NCBI GenBank assembly: GCA_963514005.1 | Contig: OY740795.1 | Span: 50,654,001-50,718,000, forward strand | DNA: 64,000 nt | Direction of reading: 5' to 3' | From: Raja brachyura | Taxonomy: Eukaryota | In this document: positions 60,283-64,000 of the stretch, one piece after another | How positions within the stretch are numbered: position 1 is the stretch's first letter | How the letters are laid out: each line of letters opens with the position of its first letter | Translations under genes and position numbers: made by a program | The notes under the pieces: model-generated | The model's input: only the letters and a program-made list of their open reading frames with translations | The model's database searches: none | What the model was told of the DNA's origin: nothing

Positions 60283-61115
60283 ACAAGGAAAGGAAAGATG
60301 CCGGTTTATACCGAAGTGGACACAAAGTGCTGAATAACTCATTGGGTTGGGCAGCATCTATGGAGATAAAGGATGGGTGATATTTCGGGTCAGGCCCTTC
60401 TTCAGACCAAAAGTAGAGAGGAGGGAACTGGAGGTAAGAAAAGTGCGCAACAAAGCAGGGATGGTAACAGATGATCAAGGAATGGTAAAGCCCACAATGG
60501 TCCATTGTTGGCTGTGGAAGAGGTGATTATGAAGGGATGCAAGGATGTGACAGCAGAACCACTAGGACAACTAGGGTGGGGAGGGAAGGATAGAGGGAAT
60601 GCAAGGGTTACTTGAAATTAGAGAATTTCGTAAGCTGGGACGTAAGCTGCCCAAGTAATATATGAGGTGCTGCTCCTCCAATTAGCACATGACCTCACTC
60701 TGAGAGGGGAGGAGGCCCAAGACAGGAAGGACATGGGAAGGGGAATTAAAATATCTGACAACCGGGAGATCAGGTAGGCCAAGGCGGACTGAGCATTCAG
60801 AGAATGATTGCGTGGTCTGTGTTTGGTCTCACTGATACATAGGAGCCCAGATCTATAAAGCACCTGATATAACACCTTTCCTTTTACGTCATTTCATTCT
60901 AGGCTGCAGGAACCAGACATACTATTTCCAGGTGCAGCAGCAATTCATTTGTACTTCTTCCAATTTACTGTACTGTATTTGGTGCTCATTATGTCTATAT
61001 TTGGCTCCGTAGTCAAATGAAGCCATTGTCAGATCAAATAATGGCACCTCATGTTCTACCTAGGCATGTTGCAGCCCATGGAACTCAATAAAAAATTCAA
61101 CAATTTGAGATAACC
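60283..61115. mobile_element. PLE remnants: minus-strand pLTR plus GIY-YIG (60283-60870) abutting an older plus-strand GIY-YIG remnant (~60900-61115)
   Basis: GLLCISETKHR on minus; TTCCAGGTGCAGCAGCAATTCATTTGTACTTCTTCCAAT (FQV.Q.F.CTSSN) on plus. Confidence 0.7.
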
Positions 61116-61327
61116 AGCCTCTTATGTAATTTCCCACATTGACCATGGAGAAGAAAGTCATGTAGGATTTGTAGGAGTTCCAGTGGAAGCAGAACATTGT
61201 AATAGCCAGACCCAGTAGTCAACCATCAAGACTTAGATACAGTAGCTGTAGAAAGTATAATGACCTGAAGGGACAGGGTCAGGAGATTCATCTAGAATTG
61301 CCTCATCCCACCAGACAACTAGTCTTC

Positions 61328-61458
61328 ATCTGAAGAAGGCTCTCGACCCGAAACATCACCCATTCCTTCTAACCAAGGATGCTGCCTGTCCCGCTGAATG
61401 ACTCCAGCTTTTGTGTCTGTCGTCAGTTTAAACCAGCATCTGCACTTCCTTCCTACAC
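61328..61458 (+). mobile_element. Solo PLE pLTR
   Basis: CTGAAGAAGGCTCTCGACCCGAAACATCACCCATTCC...CAGCATCTGCACTTCCTTCCTACAC. Confidence 0.8.
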
Positions 61459-62109
61459 AATAGTTCCAGTGGCACATTTCACACCCCTCGCACCTTTCGC
61501 TTCTAAGACCCTTGTGTATCTCTTATTCCAGAGAGCTGGGACTTTGCAAGGAGTGATGGCTGCACTGGAGCATGTGCTGCATAAGTTGTAATGATGCTCT
61601 GGCTGATGCTGTGAGCAATAGCTCATTCTTTCTCTAAGCGGCAACTACAGTATGGGCAACAGTCAGTCATTTGCTCATGTTTGGGTATGAATTTTCAAGT
61701 AACTCTGTTAGTGGAAAGTGCTGACTTTAAGTGGCTGAAGAGATGTCCTGCTGCTTATTCTGTTCAATTTGGATCATGTCATCGTGGGAATTCAGTTCCA
61801 TTTAAGTTAATGTAAATAAAGCATCATATATGCTCCTTTTACCTAGGGTGGTTTTAATGCTACCATTGGGGAACATTCCTGGGTAACTGAATCTAAATTT
61901 ACACGTGCAAATCAGAATATGAAATTGATTAGCCCGATTTTCCAGCCAGTAGCAAAACAATGAAAATTATGAGAATTTTTTTTAAAGTAATAAACGATTG
62001 TTTTTAAAGCCATGGGCTTAGAAACATATTTACTCGGAATGGCGGGTTGAAGGGCCATTACACAAAACATAGATAAACACTAGAGCAAATCAGTAGCATC
62101 CGACAATTA

Positions 62110-62359
62110 GGCACAAAATGCTGGAGTAACTCTAGCAGCATCTCTGGAGAGAAGGAATAGGTGACATTTCGGGTCGAGATCCTTCTGAGGGTCAGGGGAA
62201 TGGGAACAGATATAGAGATTATATAGAACAAATAAATTAAAAATATGCAAAAAAATTATGATGATAAAGGAAACAGGCCATTGTTAGCTGTGGGCTAGGT
62301 GAAAACAATTTACAGGCAATGAGACTCAACAAGATGACCATGAAATTAGTCATCCTACA
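62110..62359 (-). mobile_element. PLE 3' UTR/pLTR
   Basis: 16-bp TSD TAGCATCCGACAATTA (62094-62109, 62360-62375). Confidence 0.85.
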
Positions 62360-63304
62360 TAGCATCCGACAATTAACAGTTCAAACATTACTTGTTGGTC
62401 TTTGCATATTGTACTATTGCATTGAATGCAAAAGACCAAATCAGTTAAGTCCAAAGCATACTGAGTTGGGTTTGTAACTCCAGGATCTGCACTGCACACT
62501 AATGAAAATGGCTGTTCTGAAAGAGTCGATTGACATACAAACCACATAACAATGTAATCAATGCCAAAACAGGGGACATTATTTTACTGAACAATTAGAG
62601 CTAAAATAAATGGAACAATCACTTTATAAATAATACATGCATGTTATGTAACATGCTTACAATATAATCATGCATTTTTAACGATTTCAAATTTGGTAAT
62701 AAAAACTGCATTTTAATAAATCATGTATATACTTAATACTTAATGGTATCTAGAATTATGAGGAGTGTCTATTTCAAAATTGCACAATAATACAATTGTT
62801 TTCTTGAGCAATAGTTAATAACTTCCTAAAATAATTTGCATCTTTCTCCTTAGCTTGTTTTAGCTTCACGACAAAGCTTTCATTTCTCATAAAAAGATGA
62901 TACGGTAATGCTGATTTTTCTGCAGCACTAAAAGCTTTAAATTCATGACTGAATATTATAGAAATTCAATACTTTATGAGAAACAGAAAATTGTTTTACC
63001 ATTACACCCAGCTGTGTTTCAGTTTGCAACAATATGTTAGTGGCTGTTTGTCCTTCATGAACCATATCAATGGAAACATAAATGTCAAAGGGAGGTATTT
63101 TATAGATAATTAATCTGTTAATGGTTTAGACCAGGAAATACAGTATACCCATGCATATCAGTCATATGTGTTCCACTTCTCATGTCCAGAGATTATACCC
63201 AAGATCTGTATTCCTGGCCTTTTGGACTTTCTACCTCTCACTTACATTTACTTCTCCCCCCACAGTGATCCATAAACTCTGAGATAGATTTCTGTTCATA
63301 CTAA

Positions 63305-63523
63305 AGGGCCTGTCCCACTTGGGCGCCACTCGCACGTCATTTGCGTGACATAATTTACGTGATGCATGTGTGGTGCGCGCATGGTGCTCATTACGCGCGC
63401 ATGGTGCATGGTAACGTAGGCAGTTATGCACGGTCGTGCGCGGCGCCCAGGATTTTGGGATGTGGAAAATCTTTACGCGACATCTGTGTGACGCGAAAAT
63501 GACGCCCAAGTGGGACAGACCCT
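63305..63523. mobile_element. Harbinger-type MITE, interior type D
   Basis: AGGGCCTGTCCCACTTGGGCG...CGCCCAAGTGGGACAGACCCT; TAA/TTA flanks. Confidence 0.9.
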
Positions 63524-64000
63524 TTACTGCCCAACTGATGGGGCAAATCTTTCACTATATACAAAACTCACCGAATTTCACTGAGGCCAAAGGAAAAGAA
63601 AGCGGTGGGTGTTTTAAAGCTTGGAGTTGGGGAGTAGGGTGGGGTAGGGATAGGTGTTATCTGTTCTGGCAGATTACCACCAAGTCAATAAAAATGAAAA
63701 TCGCAACATATGAACAACGAAACCATCAACAAGGGGAAGCCTACAAAGCACAGATGAAACAGTGAAAGAAATACTGTTTACATTTATAAAAAATGTACAA
63801 CATCTTGTGTAAATGATTTAGATCCTTGCAATGTAGTCCATGACGAAGTGAGAATTAAAAAAATTAATAATAATAATATATTTATTTATTAAGCACATTT
63901 AAAAACAACTCACGTTGACCCAAGTGCTGTATGGACCAGAGCTGCGAGACACAAATAGAGCCAGGGAAAACAGGAGCGGCAAGAAGCGGCGACAAGCAGC

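Overview
Eukaryotic, repeat-dense genomic DNA with no recognisable host protein-coding exon. It looks like a very long intron or a gene desert. The repeat repertoire suggests a cartilaginous fish (inference): CR1 LINEs with octamer tails, HE1/V-SINE-like tRNA SINEs, Rex1/Babar remnants and Neptune-type Penelope-like elements (PLEs). Nearly all long ORFs in the track are transposon-derived. Contents: (1) one full-length but frameshifted CR1 (51344-55694) and an inverted 5'-truncated sister copy (24452-27397), plus many CR1 fragments; (2) PLE pieces (GIY-YIG endonuclease, RT fragment) and many short PLE terminal repeats (pLTRs) carrying a minimal hammerhead-ribozyme core (CTGAAGA-A-GGGT.nnnn.ACCC-GAAA-CG-TH), often flanked by 11-16 bp target-site duplications (TSDs) and sometimes arranged as inverted dimers; (3) a PLE insertion ending in four perfect 26-bp reiterations of its own RT sequence; (4) a one-LTR Gypsy element with a 4-bp TSD; (5) a Tx1-type LINE 3' end; (6) eight Harbinger-type MITEs with shared TIRs; (7) three TAG...CTA DNA elements with 6-7 bp TSDs, one holding a ~297-bp foldback; (8) two non-autonomous Helitrons with internal minisatellites; (9) a candidate recursive splice site (AG|GTGAGT) at 43818/43819. 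All family assignments come from motifs read by eye; no database search was run.
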